From Candidatus Bathyarchaeota archaeon (GTDB taxonomy: Archaea > Thermoproteota > Bathyarchaeia > Bathyarchaeales > DTEX01), in contig PIYB01000001.1 in assembly GCA_003601835.1 (NCBI GenBank), positions 1 through 53,758 of the forward strand: a stretch of 53,758 bases of DNA, written 5' to 3'. Below, in pieces: positions 8,534 to 18,626 of the stretch. Position numbers and translations under genes: made by a program. A model generated the notes under the pieces. The model did not search any database. It saw nothing but the letters and a program-made list of their open reading frames with translations, and was not told the origin of the DNA. The first letter of the stretch is position 1, and each line of letters begins with the position of its first letter.

Positions 8534-11251
8534 CTAAAGCCTGGCTGTGAAGCAATACCTTCCGGATTCAATGTTGAGCCTAAGACGCCTCTCAGACCAG
8601 TCGTCGACCGTGATGCCGGGTTGCTGCTTCACCGGGCGCCCGCTTTCTCGAACACTAGTAGGATCGCTTGTAGGAAGATAAACCGTTGCAGTACAGTTCG
8701 GCGGAACAACAACCTCAAGGGTGAACTGATGGTTCTTCACTGTCCAGTTGCACACTATCTTTCCGTACATGGAGTTGTGCCAAGATTTAACCCATCTCAA
8801 ATCTGCAACCGGGTTCGGTCGGATTATGATGTTTTTGAATCCAGGCTTAGAAACATCTGGATTAATCCCTGCGAGACCCTTGTAGAACCAGGCGCTGATG
8901 TCGCTGAACATGTGATGGTCTCGAGACGCGCTGCCGTCCCAGGTTTCCCAAAGAGTTGTCGCGCCCTGCTTTATCCAGTGTCCCCAGCTCGGAAAATCAG
9001 TTTGAGTTGCAATCGCATAAGCCAGGTCCACACGGCCATGTTCGGTTAAGGCATGCAATATGTATTTGGTTCCCAGAATCCCGCAGTCGATGTGCCTGTT
9101 CTGTTCTTCTACTGCTGCCGCTAACGCCTCCAAAACCTTGCCTTTTTCGTTCTCCTCCACAAGCCCCTGATACAGCGCACATGACATCGAAGTTTGACAA
9201 TTACCGGTAACCTTGCCTGTTTCCAGATTCAGGAATCTTTTACGAAAAGCAGCCTTAACATCCGCGGCAAGTTTAGCATATTTCTCAGCGTCCTCCTTCC
9301 TCCCAAGCAAAGCAGCTGCTCTGGCGACGATTAACGCGTCAACATAATAGTAAGCCGTGCTCGTAACAATCCTTGGACACTTATGCCCTTCAGGCCCACC
9401 GACAGGAGGACACCAGTCGCCAAGCCCGAAATCCACAATGTTTTCTGAAGCCATAGATGTCAGGAAATCCACGTACCGTCTCATGCACTCGTAGTGTTCC
9501 TCCAGTATGCCGGTGTCTCCACAGTACAGGTACAAGTACCACGGAATCAGGATTGTAGCGCTGTCCCACGCCGGTCCGCTGCCCCAGTTATAACCCCAAC
9601 CACCTGTGGGAATGATGCCTGGAAGCTGCCCGTTTAGCCGCTGGTTGTCACGGTGATCCGCTAACCATTTCGTGTAAGCCGTCATCGGGTCAAAGTTGAG
9701 AAGAACCTGTTCAGCTGATATGTGAGCGTCCCCCGTCCACCCGTTTTTTTCTCTGTGCGGACAGTCCGTTGGGATTCCATGGTAATTGTTCACGGTAGAC
9801 CAAAGGGCGCAACGTTGAATGGCATTCAACAGATCGTTCGAACACGTAAATTCTCCCCGCTTTTCAAATGCAGTGTGCACCGCACGTCCACGTATGTTGT
9901 CAAGCGTAGGCGTGCCGGGAAAACCCGTTACCTGGACATATCTAAAGCCGTGATACGTGAACCTAGGCTCCCATACTTCGACGCCTTCCCCTTTCAAAAT
10001 ATATCGGTCCGTCTGGAACTCACCGCTTTTGACGAAACGGTTAATGTTAGACGGGTCAATGTCCCCATCCTCCTTAATCTTCTCGGCGTACCTGAGGACA
10101 ACGGTGGCGCCGGCTGGTCCGCTGACTCTAAGCTGAACCCAACCCGCGATGTTCTGACCTAGATCGTAAACCCATACTCCCGGGCGGACCTCTTTGAGGC
10201 TTACGGGAACAATTGTCTCGGTTATCCGGATGGGGGTCATCTGCTGCGAATGTAGGACACCGCCGGGTCCCGGGACGATGGTCACAGGTTTCCAGTCGCC
10301 GTCATCGTATTCGGGTTTTGTCCAGCCGGGTTTTTCCAGTCTAGCATCATATGTTTCGCCGTTGCGTAGACCGTCGAAGACGATGGGTCCTGTGTTCCAC
10401 CGCCATTTTTTGTCGCTGACTATGACTTTTTCTTCTCCATCCTTGAAACGGATATGGATCTGGAGCAGAAGCTTAGGTTGATCACGCCAAGGAGCCTGTT
10501 GAAAGTTCCAGACGTCCTTTGTGAAACAGTTGTACCAACCGTTACCTAAAATGACCCCAACCGCGTTCTTACCTGTAACGAGAAAATCTGTGATGTCATG
10601 CGTCTGATAAAGCACGGTCTTGTCGTACGTTGTGAATGCAGGCGCCAAAACCTCGTCTCCGACCTTCCGACCGTTCACATATAACTCGTAGTATCCAAGC
10701 CCGCATACGTAAGCCCGTGCGGATGCAACCGTTTTTTTAACCGAGAAGGTGCGGCGAAGCATTGGTGCTGGAGGCGGGTTAGACGGTCCAACCACTATTC
10801 TCGCGCTGCTAATCCACTGGGCTTTCCAATCGTCCTCGTTTAAGAGACCCATCTCCCAATATGAAGGCTGACTCCACGCGCACTCTTTTCCATCCCTATC
10901 CCAAACCTTCACCTTCCAGTAGCAGCCCTGCCTAGAATTCAATTTTTTCCCGCGGTACAAAACGTGAACAGACTGGTCAGACTCAACCTTACCGGAGTCC
11001 CAAAGGTCCCCGACATCACGGTCTAAGGTTTGGCGGCTGCTTGCCACAAGAATCCGGTATGCTGTTTGACGTTGACCCCGCTCGTCAGACTTCAAAACCC
11101 AGCTTAAACGCGGATTAGGCGTCTCAACCCCTAACGGGTTCTTAAGGTAATTGCATTTCAGCTCAGTCACAGTCATGTTTGGATTTGAGAAATCCTTATC
11201 CATTTCCAAGTTCATGCTGGTTCCCCGCATGTATGACTTATCTTTGTGCAT
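8534..11251 (-). CDS. Alpha-L-rhamnosidase (GH78); likely start at 11176
   Basis: NPLGV..PRLSW, GLGYYEL, DLGQNIAG, FTYHGFRYV, PTDCPHREKNGWTGDA, GATTLWETW, HHMF; no signal peptide. Confidence 0.93.
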   Translation of the reverse strand: MHKDKSYMRGTSMNLEMDKDFSNPNMTVTELKCNYLKNPLGVETPNPRLSWVLKSDERGQRQTAYRILVASSRQTLDRDVGDLWDSGKVESDQSVHVLYRGKKLNSRQGCYWKVKVWDRDGKECAWSQPSYWEMGLLNEDDWKAQWISSARIVVGPSNPPPAPMLRRTFSVKKTVASARAYVCGLGYYELYVNGRKVGDEVLAPAFTTYDKTVLYQTHDITDFLVTGKNAVGVILGNGWYNCFTKDVWNFQQAPWRDQPKLLLQIHIRFKDGEEKVIVSDKKWRWNTGPIVFDGLRNGETYDARLEKPGWTKPEYDDGDWKPVTIVPGPGGVLHSQQMTPIRITETIVPVSLKEVRPGVWVYDLGQNIAGWVQLRVSGPAGATVVLRYAEKIKEDGDIDPSNINRFVKSGEFQTDRYILKGEGVEVWEPRFTYHGFRYVQVTGFPGTPTLDNIRGRAVHTAFEKRGEFTCSNDLLNAIQRCALWSTVNNYHGIPTDCPHREKNGWTGDAHISAEQVLLNFDPMTAYTKWLADHRDNQRLNGQLPGIIPTGGWGYNWGSGPAWDSATILIPWYLYLYCGDTGILEEHYECMRRYVDFLTSMASENIVDFGLGDWCPPVGGPEGHKCPRIVTSTAYYYVDALIVARAAALLGRKEDAEKYAKLAADVKAAFRKRFLNLETGKVTGNCQTSMSCALYQGLVEENEKGKVLEALAAAVEEQNRHIDCGILGTKYILHALTEHGRVDLAYAIATQTDFPSWGHWIKQGATTLWETWDGSASRDHHMFSDISAWFYKGLAGINPDVSKPGFKNIIIRPNPVADLRWVKSWHNSMYGKIVCNWTVKNHQFTLEVVVPPNCTATVYLPTSDPTSVRESGRPVKQQPGITVDDWSERRLRLNIESGRYCFTARL

Positions 11252-11515
11252 TTCCGATAAAAGACTAACCTAAGATTCCTAGATAACACTGAAAAACAGG
11301 TCGCGAAGACATTTCTCGGATGACGTACAACATTGGTTCAAACGTGGGAAGCAACCATCAAAGCATTATGCATCTGTTCCGACAAGCGAAAAGACTGACG
11401 GTTAAGGTTCGGGATTAAACTTTAAACGTGTAAGGTTAGCTATCCCGCGGCGTAGGACGGAAAAGGTTATTCGTTAGGCGGATGAATAACGTTTGGACGT
11501 TAATGGTGAAGGATT

Positions 11516-12754
11516 TTGAGGGCAACCATTGTTCCGTCATTGATTGGAGTACTAGGTTTCGGAGAAGACGGTAAACTTGCTGGAAAAACACTTTTTCCTA
11601 AGAACGCTTCGAAAATCGCCGAGAAACTTGTTGACATAGAATCAGGCAAGCTCATTAACGAGGTTACTGCGCTAGTTGAGGAGCTGAAAAAGAAAGGGTA
11701 CACCATTTTTGTTTTTGAAAACGACAAATTAGCTCGAGCTGTTCAAGCAAAGCTCAACGTAGAAGTTGAGGTTAAGCCTTCGCCAGAGATTGAGGAAGCC
11801 GTGCAAACAGATATTGGAAGATACGGCGTTGAAACCGGTTTCCTTGAGGAAGCTTCCGAGATAGACCAATGGATCCACGACGTCTCGATGGAAATATCGA
11901 GAATAAAGGTCAAAAAAGCCACCGAAAAAAGGGACCTTTTAATCGTGCAAGCAGTCCAAGCCTTAGACGACGTTGACAAAACGCTTAACCTCTTCAGCGG
12001 TCGGATGCGCGAATGGTATGGACTTCACTTCCCTGAAATGGACAGGCTGGTCAAAAAACATGAAACATATGCACATCTTGTACAGAGATTAGGAAAGAGA
12101 GAAAACTTCACGGAAGAGAATCTTGAAAAGGAGGGAATCACGAAAAACAATGCCTCGCAGCTTGCAAAGGCTGCGAAAACCTCGATGGGCGCCGATCTCT
12201 ACGACAAAGACGTTGAACAGATACAGAGATTGTGCAGTCAAATTTTAAGCCTGTACGACACTAGAGCCAACCTGGAGAAGTACATAGAAGAAGTCATGGA
12301 GGAGGTTGCGCCGAACACATCAGCCTTCGCCGGAGCCACCTTAGGAGCAAGGCTTATCGCACTGGCAGGAGGGCTTGAAAACTTAGCTAAGATGCCGACA
12401 AGCACAATGCAGGTGTTAGGCGCTGAAAAAGCTCTGTTCAGATCATTGAAAACAGGTGCGCGTCCGCCGAAGCATGGCATAATCTTCCAGCACGCCCTCA
12501 TTCACGGATCCAAGCGTCGGCTAAGAGGAAAAATCGCGCGGGCTTTCGCAGGCAAACTAGCCATAGCTGTGCGAACCGACGCGTTCAGCGCGGGTTTTGC
12601 TGGCGACAAGCTAAAGGAACAGTTACAGGAAAGAATTGAAGAGATCGAGAAGAAATATCCTGAAAAGAAACGGTCAGAGAAAAAATCCAAAAAAGACAAA
12701 GGTCAATCTAAGGCTATGCGGAGAAGAAGGAAGGAACATGGACGTAAGCGTTGA
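11516..12754 (+). CDS. nop5: C/D box methylation guide RNP subunit Nop5 (Nop56/58)
   Basis: REWYGLHFPE, SMGADL, APNTSA..GATLGARLI, QVLGAEKALFR, PPKHGIIFQH, K-rich tail. Confidence 0.95.
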   Translation: MRATIVPSLIGVLGFGEDGKLAGKTLFPKNASKIAEKLVDIESGKLINEVTALVEELKKKGYTIFVFENDKLARAVQAKLNVEVEVKPSPEIEEAVQTDIGRYGVETGFLEEASEIDQWIHDVSMEISRIKVKKATEKRDLLIVQAVQALDDVDKTLNLFSGRMREWYGLHFPEMDRLVKKHETYAHLVQRLGKRENFTEENLEKEGITKNNASQLAKAAKTSMGADLYDKDVEQIQRLCSQILSLYDTRANLEKYIEEVMEEVAPNTSAFAGATLGARLIALAGGLENLAKMPTSTMQVLGAEKALFRSLKTGARPPKHGIIFQHALIHGSKRRLRGKIARAFAGKLAIAVRTDAFSAGFAGDKLKEQLQERIEEIEKKYPEKKRSEKKSKKDKGQSKAMRRRRKEHGRKR

Positions 12755-13439
12755 GCCGCACCGTGAGTTTCCTAATGTTTTCTGGGTTACGCTTGAAGAT
12801 GGATCTCGGAAGATTGCCACGAGAAACCTGTCGCCGGGCAGAACCGTTTACGGCGAACGGTTGATCACTCTCGGCGAAGACCAGTACAGAATCTGGGACC
12901 CGTTTCGAAGCAAACTTGCAGGCGCCATTCTGAAAGGACTAAATGTGCTTCCGGTCAAACAGGGACATAGAATCCTCTATTTGGGTGCTGCTTCAGGTAC
13001 AACAGCTAGCCACGTATCGGACATCGTTGGCAGAAACGGACATGTTTTTTGCGTCGAGTTTGCACCTCGGTCCATAAGAGACTTGATAAACAATGTGTGC
13101 CGGTTCCGCAGTAACATGTCACCTATTTTGGCTGACGCCAGGTTTCCAAGACGCTATGCAATGCTCGTAGGCAAGGTTGACGCCATATACTGCGATGTTG
13201 CCCAGCCGGAACAGGCTAAGATACTCGCTAACAACGCTAAGGTGCTTCTTAAAACCGATGGTTGGACTATGCTTGCTGTGAAAGCCAGAAGCATAGATGT
13301 CACGAAGAAGCCTTCCGAAATATACAAGCGGGAGATCAAGGTTCTGGAAGACAACGGGTTCACCGTCTCTGAGGTTATCCATCTTGAACCATACGATAAA
13401 GACCACGTAATGGTTGTGGCGAACTACGGGTCTGGATGA
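12738..13439 (+). CDS. flpA: Fibrillarin-like rRNA/tRNA 2'-O-methyltransferase
   Basis: VYGE, YRIWDPFRSKLA, LYLGAASGTTASHVSDIVG, DVAQPEQ, LEPYDKDH; ATG at 12738 overlaps the nop5 end. Confidence 0.96.
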   Translation: MDVSVEPHREFPNVFWVTLEDGSRKIATRNLSPGRTVYGERLITLGEDQYRIWDPFRSKLAGAILKGLNVLPVKQGHRILYLGAASGTTASHVSDIVGRNGHVFCVEFAPRSIRDLINNVCRFRSNMSPILADARFPRRYAMLVGKVDAIYCDVAQPEQAKILANNAKVLLKTDGWTMLAVKARSIDVTKKPSEIYKREIKVLEDNGFTVSEVIHLEPYDKDHVMVVANYGSG

Positions 13440-13459
13440 TTGTTTTTGCTGCCCGGAAC

Positions 13460-13972
13460 TTATCCTGACGGGTTTTTTAGGTTTGTGTTTTTGACGTAAG
13501 ACAGAATCTCATTCGGATGGGTTACATCTTTCCACATTTGAAGAAAGGCGACGCGTCCAACCGTTTTCCGGATGTCCTTCAGATGTATGTCCCGATCGTC
13601 AACGTAAAGGATCTCTTCTGGCTTCAGATGTGTCCCTTCATCTGAGAGATTCTTAAGTATCTTCCGTAACAGAAGATGTTTTCGAGGATGAAACTCTGCT
13701 GCTACATATCTAAAGAACGGTTCTAGTTCTAAAATGCGGAGAGCTTCTTTAATCTGTTCAGGCTTGTTCCAAGTTGCCAAAGCCAAAACGATTCCTTCGC
13801 TTCTCAGAACCTGCAGCAGCTCCCTTATGCCGCTGAACAGGTTTAAACGGTTTCCCCTTGCGTCTACGAGAGAATCCTCGCCGACCCTTTTGAACGGCAA
13901 CTCAAGAGAAGAAGCATTGGGGTTGTCCCAAAGAGTTTTGTCCGCGTCAAAGACAACAAGGCGAATAGGCAA
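13460..13972 (-). CDS. Magnesium-dependent phosphatase-1 (HAD IIIC)
   Basis: VVFDADKTLWD, LATWN, HPRK, ILYVDDR; TTG start at 13972 preferred over 13999. Confidence 0.85.
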   Translation of the reverse strand: MPIRLVVFDADKTLWDNPNASSLELPFKRVGEDSLVDARGNRLNLFSGIRELLQVLRSEGIVLALATWNKPEQIKEALRILELEPFFRYVAAEFHPRKHLLLRKILKNLSDEGTHLKPEEILYVDDRDIHLKDIRKTVGRVAFLQMWKDVTHPNEILSYVKNTNLKNPSG

Positions 13973-14030
13973 TCTTTTGCACAACACGTTTCTGATCAAA
14001 GGTAAAAAAGGGAAAACCGGGAATACAACG

Positions 14031-14813
14031 TTAGAAACGGCTATAACCCAAGTTTTCTTTTAAATATTTCCTGCTCATAGCCATGCTTTCTTTAGGTGTT
14101 CTTTCAGTTCTGTCTTGTTCGACGACCAGCCACTCTACGCCTAAAGGTTCAGCCGCCTTGATTATCGCTGGAAAGTCTATGATGCCTTGTCCTAGCTCGA
14201 GAAACTTGCGAGGCTCCGTTTTCATACCTTCCTCAGTTCCATCCTTCAAGTGAAGATAAGCCACACGGTCTCCGTATTCCTTTATGAATTCCACAGGAGA
14301 CATCCCGCCGCATTTAACCCAGTAAGTGTCAACGCACAACGAAACATGTTCAGGACTCGTGTTCTCAAGTATGATACGGGTTCCCCGCGCGTCATCCACT
14401 ATTTCCTGCCAGTGATTATGGTAACACACCATAACGCCTTGCTTCTTCGCAAGTTTCCCGAACTCCTCAAGACGCGCAGCATTCTTGACGTAATTCTCAT
14501 CCGAGTTTTCTTTTCCTCCGGCACCACTGAACAGAAGATAGTGACCACCAGTCTTGCCGAGAAGACTAACCGCTTCATCAACAGCCTTCGTGTCAGCCGA
14601 GCCTACGTTCATGTGTAGCCCTGCGAGAAGCAATCCGCGTGTAGATAGAACCGCTTTGGGATCAGAGACGTTCTCAAAGTGAGGGACGCCGGCTTCTATG
14701 CCTTCGTATCCTATTGATGCTATTTCGTCTAGAACCTGCGTAAAGTTTGTACGCCCTCTTTCGCCCCAGATAATAAGCTGAACACCAACCTTCATTCTAG
14801 CCAAATTCTTCAC
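14031..14813 (-). CDS. Sugar phosphate isomerase/epimerase (IolE-like TIM barrel)
   Basis: GYEGIE, CYHNHWQE, VDTYWV, YLHLKD, ELGQGIIDF, VVEQD. Confidence 0.88.
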   Translation of the reverse strand: MKNLARMKVGVQLIIWGERGRTNFTQVLDEIASIGYEGIEAGVPHFENVSDPKAVLSTRGLLLAGLHMNVGSADTKAVDEAVSLLGKTGGHYLLFSGAGGKENSDENYVKNAARLEEFGKLAKKQGVMVCYHNHWQEIVDDARGTRIILENTSPEHVSLCVDTYWVKCGGMSPVEFIKEYGDRVAYLHLKDGTEEGMKTEPRKFLELGQGIIDFPAIIKAAEPLGVEWLVVEQDRTERTPKESMAMSRKYLKENLGYSRF

Positions 14814-15007
14814 CTTCAGAAAGGTTCATAATGCTTGGATATTTAAGGTTTAATTCAGCCAATTTGACGCAGAGGCTCAACAATAAACCGGGAAAACAAG
14901 CGATGCGTATGGAGCTCCAAGGATGAACCGGTGTTTTTACGTGATGTTCGCTACAAACATAGAGGCATCTAAAAGAACGGTCAGTCATGCACGTTTTTCC
15001 GGGTGTT

Positions 15008-15427
15008 TCAGGTTATCTCTTTCCCTGTTGTGCTCATCACAAGTTTTCCGTGTTTTACTCCTCTGCAACTTATGAGCCTGTCAGCGAGCTCCCTGATCTC
15101 TTTCGGCATACCCTTCAACGCCAGTATCTCCATGCACATATGTTCATCGATGTGAAGATGCATTGTTGACGCAATGTTTTCATGTCTTTCATGCTGAATC
15201 TCTATTAGCTTCTTCAGAAGCCCACGGGTCTCGTGATCGTACAGAAGCGTCAGCGAACCCATCACCTCGGTTTCCGATCTCTCCCATTCTCTTTCAACAA
15301 TGAAGTTAACGATGAGGTCCCGCACAGCCCTAGAACGGTTGGTGTATGCCCTCGCCTTTATTTCTTTATCAAACTTTTTCAAGAGATCCGGGCTTATTGA
15401 GACGCTAAACCTGATTGTTTTTTCCAA
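15008..15427 (-). CDS. nikR: Nickel-responsive regulator NikR
   Basis: RHH RFSVSI...YTNRSRAVRDLI, YDHE, IQH, HLHIDEHMCMEI, GVKHGKL. Confidence 0.95.
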   Translation of the reverse strand: MEKTIRFSVSISPDLLKKFDKEIKARAYTNRSRAVRDLIVNFIVEREWERSETEVMGSLTLLYDHETRGLLKKLIEIQHERHENIASTMHLHIDEHMCMEILALKGMPKEIRELADRLISCRGVKHGKLVMSTTGKEIT

Positions 15428-15681
15428 TTTCAGATTCCCCCAGCAGACCGGAACATGACATTTTGGTCTTCAGAATAAATTAAGAGTAAACCACTTATTA
15501 AACGTAAAATCAGCCTCTTAGATGCGCTGGTTTGCTCCGGGAAAAACGTTAACAGCCTTTTAAACCCGATTGACTGCCAGCAGAGATGCTTCTTTCAACC
15601 GAACTGAATAACGGGTGGCTTGCTAAGTCAGAACGTTTTCCGTGAAGGTTCTTGAGAAAAAAGGGAAGACGCAGAGAACGC

Positions 15682-16116
15682 TTATTCGCCTATGACTTTT
15701 ACTAGAACCCTTTTTCTTCTTCGCCCGTCGAACTCGCCATAATATATCTGCTCCCACGGACCTAGGTCCAGCCGTCCGTTGGTTACTGCGACAACCACTT
15801 CCCTGCCCATGATCTGTCTCTTCAGATGTGCGTCAGCGTTGTCCTCTCCTGTTCTGTTGTGACGGTACCGGGAAACCGGTTCGTGCGGCGCCAGTTTCTC
15901 AAGCCATTCATCATAGTCTTGAATGAGACCTGATTCAGCATCGTTGATGTAGACGCTTGCCGTGATATGCATGGCGTTGACCAAGCATAATCCTTCTTTG
16001 ATTCCGCTTTTCCTGACAATCTCCTCAACCCTGCGGGTTATGTTGATGTAAGCCCGCCTTGTTTCAGTGTTGAACCACAAATATTCTGTTATGGACTTCA
16101 AGTCATATTCACCCAT
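15682..16116 (-). CDS. yjbQ: YjbQ/UPF0047 secondary thiamine-phosphate synthase family protein
   Basis: [37 protein letters not shown]. Confidence 0.92.
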   Translation of the reverse strand: MGEYDLKSITEYLWFNTETRRAYINITRRVEEIVRKSGIKEGLCLVNAMHITASVYINDAESGLIQDYDEWLEKLAPHEPVSRYRHNRTGEDNADAHLKRQIMGREVVVAVTNGRLDLGPWEQIYYGEFDGRRRKRVLVKVIGE

Positions 16117-16231
16117 CTCACAGATTGTTTCCCAAGTAAATGCGCATTAACGGCTATTAGTGTTTGCCCTAAACTGGAAACGGAAACGTATGTGGAAGAA
16201 AAGAAAAAGTCGGTTTCCCGGTTAAACCAAG

Positions 16232-17521
16232 CTATGCTAGCCAAGGCGGAATCTTCTGTCCTTTCAGGAGATCCTCAAACGTTTCTTTTTCTCTGACCAA
16301 TGCATATTGTCCGTTGTTAACCATAACCTCTGCGCATCTTGGTCTGGAGTTGTACTGTGAACTCATCGAAAACCCGTATGCCCCAGCGTTCAACACAGCC
16401 AGCAAGTCTCCTTCGTGAATCTCCGGTAGGCTTCGGTCCCGCGCCAAAAGGTCCCCTGATTCACATAACGGTCCAGCAACATCGTACGTTTCCTTCTCAG
16501 GTTCATTCAGCCTGTTCGCAACAACTATGGGATGATAAGAACCGTACATTGCAGGCCTGATTAAGGTGTTGAACCCTGCGTCGACGCCTACGAACTTCCT
16601 GAACGGAGTCACCTTCACCGTGTTCACTGTTGTTAACAACACCCCGGCGTCGCAAACAATGTAGCGGCCTGGCTCGATGCAGAACCATGGTTTCCCAAGC
16701 TCGTACTCTTCTATTCTCTTCTTGTAGAGGCTTAGAACCTTCTCTGCGTAGTTCTCTAGGTCTAAGGGTTTTTCTTCCGGTCGGTATGGGACGCCTAATC
16801 CTCCGCCGAAATCAATGAACTCGAAGGTTATTCCAACCTCGTCGTGGACAAGTCGAGCTATTTCCAACATTTTCTCAGCGGCAAGAAGGAAAGGTTCAAC
16901 TGTTAGGATTCCGGAGCCTATGTGCATGTGGATGCCGAATCTTTTCACGCCTGCCTCTTTAGCTGTTCTGTACGCAGTGATCACCTGGTCTTCCCATATG
17001 CCGAATTTCGACATTTTTCCCGCTGTGATGCAATGCTCGTGATGTCCTGCTCCAACCTCAGGGTTCACCCGTACAGACACGATGCTGGGGACGTGAATCT
17101 TAAGCAGCCGCCTCAGCTGGGATAAGGAGTCGATGTTTATTGTGACCTCTGAATCCACTAGGAACCGAAGTTCATCGTTCCTGACGCTTGTGCCAGTGAA
17201 CAAAATTTCCTTAGGCGCGAAACCTGCGTTCAAGGCTAAAAAGGCTTCTCCCGGGCTGACAACATCAATGCAGGCGCCTTCGGTTTTCAGAATCTTCAGC
17301 ACCGAAAGGCTTGTGTTCGCCTTGGCGGAACAGTAGATCCTAATCTTGTCGTAATGCCTTAATAGAGCTTCACGTACATTGCGGTAGTTCTCGCGGATTC
17401 TTCGTTCGCTCATCACGTAGACGGGGGTATCAAACTTTCTCGCCAGTTCTATGGTTGAGACACCGTCGATGTAGAGAACGCCCTCTTGGTTCTCCAACAG
17501 TTCATGTGGGAGACGATTCAT
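16232..17521 (-). CDS. lysA: Diaminopimelate decarboxylase
   Basis: SAKAN (PLP Lys), DVVSPGE, HMHIGS, DFGGG, EPGRYIV, GPLCESGD, AGAYGFSMSSQYNSRPR; ATG at 17521. Confidence 0.96.
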   Translation of the reverse strand: MNRLPHELLENQEGVLYIDGVSTIELARKFDTPVYVMSERRIRENYRNVREALLRHYDKIRIYCSAKANTSLSVLKILKTEGACIDVVSPGEAFLALNAGFAPKEILFTGTSVRNDELRFLVDSEVTINIDSLSQLRRLLKIHVPSIVSVRVNPEVGAGHHEHCITAGKMSKFGIWEDQVITAYRTAKEAGVKRFGIHMHIGSGILTVEPFLLAAEKMLEIARLVHDEVGITFEFIDFGGGLGVPYRPEEKPLDLENYAEKVLSLYKKRIEEYELGKPWFCIEPGRYIVCDAGVLLTTVNTVKVTPFRKFVGVDAGFNTLIRPAMYGSYHPIVVANRLNEPEKETYDVAGPLCESGDLLARDRSLPEIHEGDLLAVLNAGAYGFSMSSQYNSRPRCAEVMVNNGQYALVREKETFEDLLKGQKIPPWLA

Positions 17522-17567
17522 TAACGGTCCGACCTGTTCAAGATTTGAAGGAACTGCTTTGTTCAAG

Positions 17568-18626
17568 CTACAGGATTCCCTTAGCAACCATAAGTTCAGC
17601 GCTTAAGACTCCTGCTCCCGCTGCTCCTCGGATTGTGTTGTGTCCCAAACACAGGTATTTGACGGTCATGATAGGGTCGCTTCGAACCCGCCCGACAACG
17701 ACGCTCATTCCTTTGCCTGCATTTCTATCGAACCGTGGTTGAGGACGGTCATTCTCTTCTCTGACGATTATGGGCTTCTCCGGCGCAGAAGGCAGGTTGA
17801 GCCTTTGCGGTTCCCCCACGAAGCTTCTGAAGGCTTCTTTGACCTCTTCTATGGTTGGCTTGTTTTCAAGCTCAACGTACACGGCTTCTAAGTGTCCATC
17901 CTTCACATCCACGCGGTTGCAGCTAGCGCTTATCGTCATGTTTGCGGGTTGAATACTGTTGCCGTTGAATGTTCCTAGAATCTTTCTGGTTTCGCTTTCC
18001 ATTTTTTCTTCTTCGTTCGGAATGTACGGTATGACGTTGTCAATTATGTCCAGAGAAGGAACGCCAGGGTAGCCGGCGCCACTCAAAGCCTGCATTGTTG
18101 AGACGATTAGCTGTTTCACCCCGAACCCCATAAGCGCCTTCAGCGTTATTGCCAGCTGAATTGTGCTGCAGTTCGGGTCCGTAGATATGAAGCCGTTCCA
18201 TCCTCGGTTTTTCTTCTGGACAGGTATGATGCCTAGATGCTCCGGGTTCACCTCGGGGATTATCAACGGAATATCTGCATCCATTCTGTGTGCGCTGGCT
18301 TTGCTGACAACTGGGTATTCAGCTGCAAACTCTTCTTCTACTGGTCCAGCGACGCTTCCCGGCAGAGCTGAGAAGACAAGATCTACGTCGGCTGCTTCTT
18401 TCACTTCCTTCACCCGCGTGTTGACCACCGTCATCTCACCGATTTCGTTTGGCATATCGGTTTCAAGCCGCCATCTGCAAGCTTCTCTATATTTCTTGCC
18501 TGCGGAACGTTCTGACGCGGCGAGAACGGTTATTTCGAACCACGGGTGTCCTCGGAGTATCTGGATGAATCTTTGTCCAACCGTTCCTGTTGCGCCTAAT
18601 ATTGCAACTTTACGTCTCAAGTGCAT
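17568..18626 (-). CDS. asd: Aspartate-semialdehyde dehydrogenase (archaeal type)
   Basis: GATGTVGQRF, ASERSAGKKY, PEVNPEH, PNCST, MQALSGAGYPG, GHNTIRGAAG. Confidence 0.96.
   Translation of the reverse strand: MHLRRKVAILGATGTVGQRFIQILRGHPWFEITVLAASERSAGKKYREACRWRLETDMPNEIGEMTVVNTRVKEVKEAADVDLVFSALPGSVAGPVEEEFAAEYPVVSKASAHRMDADIPLIIPEVNPEHLGIIPVQKKNRGWNGFISTDPNCSTIQLAITLKALMGFGVKQLIVSTMQALSGAGYPGVPSLDIIDNVIPYIPNEEEKMESETRKILGTFNGNSIQPANMTISASCNRVDVKDGHLEAVYVELENKPTIEEVKEAFRSFVGEPQRLNLPSAPEKPIIVREENDRPQPRFDRNAGKGMSVVVGRVRSDPIMTVKYLCLGHNTIRGAAGAGVLSAELMVAKGIL

Noticed and set aside
11252-11515. Possible C/D box sRNA upstream of nop5
   Set aside because: A CTGA is present but there is no proper RTGATGA C box or C'/D' pair
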